Of a stretch of DNA of 18,617 nt, positions 16,336 through 18,617 are shown in pieces. Below the pieces are notes generated by a model. That model was not told the origin of the DNA and searched no databases. It saw only the letters and a program-made list of their open reading frames with translations. The DNA is from Escherichia phage YDC107_2. The stretch is taken from sequence record CP025713.1; one strand, written 5' to 3'. Within the stretch, counting starts at the first letter, position 1; the number at the start of each line of letters is the position of its first letter. A program made the translations under genes and the position numbers.

Positions 16336-16352
16336 ATTACCTATCAGGTAAC
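16336..16352. promoter_or_regulatory. operator-like palindrome, site H (ATTACCTATCAGGTAAC)
   Basis: TTACCT-N3-AGGTAA, in the intergenic region after the P-like gene. Confidence 0.45.
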
Positions 16353-16398
16353 AAAGCATTCTAAACTCTATTGATTTCGTGTCTTATGTGGTTTTTTA

Positions 16399-16415
16399 AT
16401 TACCTTAGAGGTAAA
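16399..16415. promoter_or_regulatory. operator-like palindrome, site I (ATTACCTTAGAGGTAAA), overlapping the RBS of the next gene
   Basis: TTACCT-N3-AGGTAA ending 3 nt before the ATG at 16418; the AGGT half doubles as the Shine-Dalgarno sequence. Confidence 0.45.
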
Positions 16416-16417
16416 TC

Positions 16418-16763
16418 ATGAGAAAACAGATACAGGCTCTTGGTCGACTCAAAACAGGCCAGATGAACAAAACAGAATCTGCGTATTGCCAGCACCTTGA
16501 GCAGCGTAAACGTGCAGGGGAAAATCGCCTGGTATCGATTCGAGGGTATCAAGTTGCGGTTAGCTGACAACACGTTCTATACGCCAGATTTCGCTGTGAT
16601 GCTCGCCACCGGAGAGATGGAACTGCACGAAGTGAAAGGTTTCTGGACCGACGACGCCAGGGTGAAAACCAAAGTCGCCGCAGATCAGTATCCGTTCCGA
16701 ATCATCGGGGTAACGGTTAAGCCAAAGAAAGCAGGTGGTGGCTGGAACATCGAAGAGTTCTGA
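16418..16763 (+). CDS. small PD-(D/E)XK-type nuclease (phage DUF1064-like, Holliday-junction-resolvase-like); one frameshift
   Basis: ATG 16418 gives MRKQIQALGRLKTGQMNKTESAYCQHLEQRKRAGE…; after GGGGAAAA (about 16518) the next frame continues as track ORF 16497..16763 (…WYRFEGIKLRLADNTFYTPDFAVMLATGEMELHEVKGFWTDD…), showing a PD…E.K nuclease motif. Confidence 0.5.
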
Positions 16764-16824
16764 ATCGACGATCTTTTTAGTTATCAATGTTATCAATAAG
16801 TTATGTGGATAAGCGAGGGTAAAG

Positions 16825-17274
16825 ATGGAAAGTATGGCTGAAGGTATGATCAAAGATTTAGTGGCATCAGGGCATGCGTTAGCTGACGACATGACAGGCG
16901 CACCATCCGTGCTTGTTCGCTGTTTGGCAACGCAACTGGAAGTGCAACTGGTGCGTGCTAATGCGCTGGCGGGGAGAAATGAGCTGGCTCGTAAGGCAGT
17001 TCAGGCATTCTGCGATGTTGTTGGCGACAACACTGAGGTTATCGCTGAGGTGGTTGGGCGAGATGGCGTTCTGGTTATTTTGGAGGCCATGAAGGCAACA
17101 GGAAATATGCCAGCCACCGATGCTTTCCTGGCTGAAATTGAACGCAAAGCAATCCGCAAGTTCATTAACAGCATTGAACACATCCTGCGTGACAAGTTAT
17201 CACCGTATGACACCGAAGAGATGCTTGAGGCTATGCGTATTTTTCTGGAAGAACAGGGAGGTGAGCAAAAATGA
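16825..17274 (+). CDS. hypothetical phage protein (149 aa)
   Basis: Intact track ORF with a GAGGG RBS; helical, no motif recognised; its stop overlaps the next start (ATGA). Confidence 0.5.
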   Translation: MESMAEGMIKDLVASGHALADDMTGAPSVLVRCLATQLEVQLVRANALAGRNELARKAVQAFCDVVGDNTEVIAEVVGRDGVLVILEAMKATGNMPATDAFLAEIERKAIRKFINSIEHILRDKLSPYDTEEMLEAMRIFLEEQGGEQK

Positions 17275-17584
17275 CGATCACAAAACAACGTGTAGAAGAA
17301 ATCATATCCCGCATTGAAATGTATGGGCATGGTGGGATACCGCTGACGAGGTTTATGACCTTGCTGTACTGGCGCTGAATTTATCAAATATCGCAAAACT
17401 CAAGCGATACGAGCTTGATATGGATGGTTGTGACTCGTTCGGTCAGGATTGTGGCGCTGACATGACTGAAGATTCTGATGGCGATTATGTCCTGTTTGAT
17501 GACGTGGTTAAGTTGTTTGAGTTTGATACAACCACTCAGAAGTTAGAAAACCCAGCAAAGGAGTCAACCAGTGAGCAAGATTAA
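17271..17584 (+). CDS. hypothetical acidic protein (about 104 aa); one frameshift
   Basis: ATG 17271 gives MTITKQRVEEIISRIEMYGHGG…; after a shift at GGTGGG (about 17328) it continues …DTADEVYDLAVLALNLSNIAKLKRYELDMDGCDSFGQDCGADMTEDSDGDYVLFDDVVKLFEFDTTTQKLENPAKESTSEQD, stopping at 17582-17584. Confidence 0.35.
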
Positions 17585-18578
17585 TTACCAGGCACTGCGT
17601 GAAAAGGCAGAGAAAGCAACGTGTGGTGTGTGGTCGCTCGAATATGGAGAGGGACGATTTGATGGTGATGATGCACTAATTCATCGCGAGGCTGCTGGAT
17701 ATATTCCTATTTGCAGAATTGAAGGAGCGCATCCAGAAAGCCGTTTCTATGAAGATTTCCAAATGGAACAGCAGGCCAATGCTGAATTCATCGCCGCCGC
17801 CAATCCGGCTACTGTGCTGGCGCTTCTGGATGAACGGGAAAGAAACCAGCAATACATCAAACGCCGTGACCAGGAGAACGAGGATATTGCTCTTACGGTT
17901 GGGAAGCTGAGAGTTGAGCTTGAGGAAGTAAAACAACACGCTGAAGAATTATCCGAAACCAAGGCTGTTCGTAACCAATGGCGGCCAGATATTTGCCCAA
18001 TAACCGGACGTGCATTTTTCATGTGGATTGAGCATCCAACATTGGGGAATGTGCCGACATATGGTGGCCCATTAGATAGTTACACCATTCCAACAAAGGA
18101 CGGTGACGGTGAGTTTTCATGTGAGCGTTACGATCATGATTTTGGCGGTTGGGTAGAAAGCGAATGTCTTGGGTTATATCTGATTGATGATAGAGAACAA
18201 TGCAGGGTCTACGAACTGGAGGAACGCGTTAAGGAACTGGAAGCGCGGGAAATACTGCTCCCGGAACGTAGCAGCATGCTTCATCGAACAGATTTTCACG
18301 AGGATTACCAAACGGTAATGGCATACAAGTTTCTGAGGTCATCGCTGCAATCCGCGCCGCTGGCATTCGCATCAAAGGAGAGTGAGATGGACGGACAAAT
18401 ATCAATCGTTCGACCAGGAGCATGTGACGATCGCGAAATACGAATAATTATTCGTCTGGCAATGGGGAAAGCAATAACTGCTCTCATTACCCCAGAAAAT
18501 CTCGCATTAGCATTAACAGGAAAGTCAGACCTGCCAGTAGAGCTAAAGCTGCGAAATGTTGAGATTAAGGTGAAATAG
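17571..18578 (+). CDS. Ead/Ea22-like early protein
   Basis: 335-aa intact ORF with GTG start after AAGGAG; the N-terminus MSKINYQALREKAEKATCGVWS… resembles Ea22-like proteins of lambdoid prophages (from memory), with a central coiled coil. Confidence 0.55.
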   Translation: MSKINYQALREKAEKATCGVWSLEYGEGRFDGDDALIHREAAGYIPICRIEGAHPESRFYEDFQMEQQANAEFIAAANPATVLALLDERERNQQYIKRRDQENEDIALTVGKLRVELEEVKQHAEELSETKAVRNQWRPDICPITGRAFFMWIEHPTLGNVPTYGGPLDSYTIPTKDGDGEFSCERYDHDFGGWVESECLGLYLIDDREQCRVYELEERVKELEAREILLPERSSMLHRTDFHEDYQTVMAYKFLRSSLQSAPLAFASKESEMDGQISIVRPGACDDREIRIIIRLAMGKAITALITPENLALALTGKSDLPVELKLRNVEIKVK

Positions 18579-18617
18579 CATGAATTCTATTACCAAAGAA
18601 CGTATTGAATTGTTCAT
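18579..18617 (+). CDS. start of a further gene (MNSITKERIELF…) running off the window
   Basis: ATG at 18579 immediately after the Ea22-like stop; only 13 codons are visible. Confidence 0.3.

Noticed and set aside
16560-17396. Three overlapping minus-strand ORFs (110, 100 and 131 aa)
   Set aside because: All are antisense to plus-strand genes that form a tightly packed co-directional block; no independent signals.

Overview
This window reads as a contiguous stretch of a temperate enterobacterial phage or prophage with a podovirus-type tailspike and a lambdoid early region. Left to right: the 3' part of a large virion/ejection protein gene, a small membrane protein gene, a divergent small ORF behind a near-consensus LexA box, a modular tailspike, an AT-rich spacer, a lysis cassette (holin-like genes, GH19 endolysin, embedded Rz/Rz1), a candidate attP region, and a P4-type tyrosine integrase. 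A leftward early operon follows (small genes, RecE-like exonuclease, RecT, AlpA-like, PerC-like, MT-A70 methyltransferase, a coupled 64-aa ORF), then a two-HTH repressor divergent from a Cro-like gene, a replication module (O-like initiator with internal iterons, lambda P-like loader), a small PD-(D/E)XK nuclease and Ea22-like genes. Two things stand out. First, a 17-bp palindrome (TTACCT-N3-AGGTAA) recurs at least nine times, at both sides of the repressor and at distant promoters. Second, the LexA-controlled small ORF sits in a P22 immI-like position while the repressor lacks an obvious LexA-like cleavage domain, suggesting antirepressor-type induction. Many genes are split by single-base frameshifts at A/G homopolymers; I read these as probable sequencing indels, but true pseudogenisation cannot be excluded. 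All homology calls are from reading the translations and from memory, not from database searches. No tRNA, rRNA or CRISPR array was recognised.
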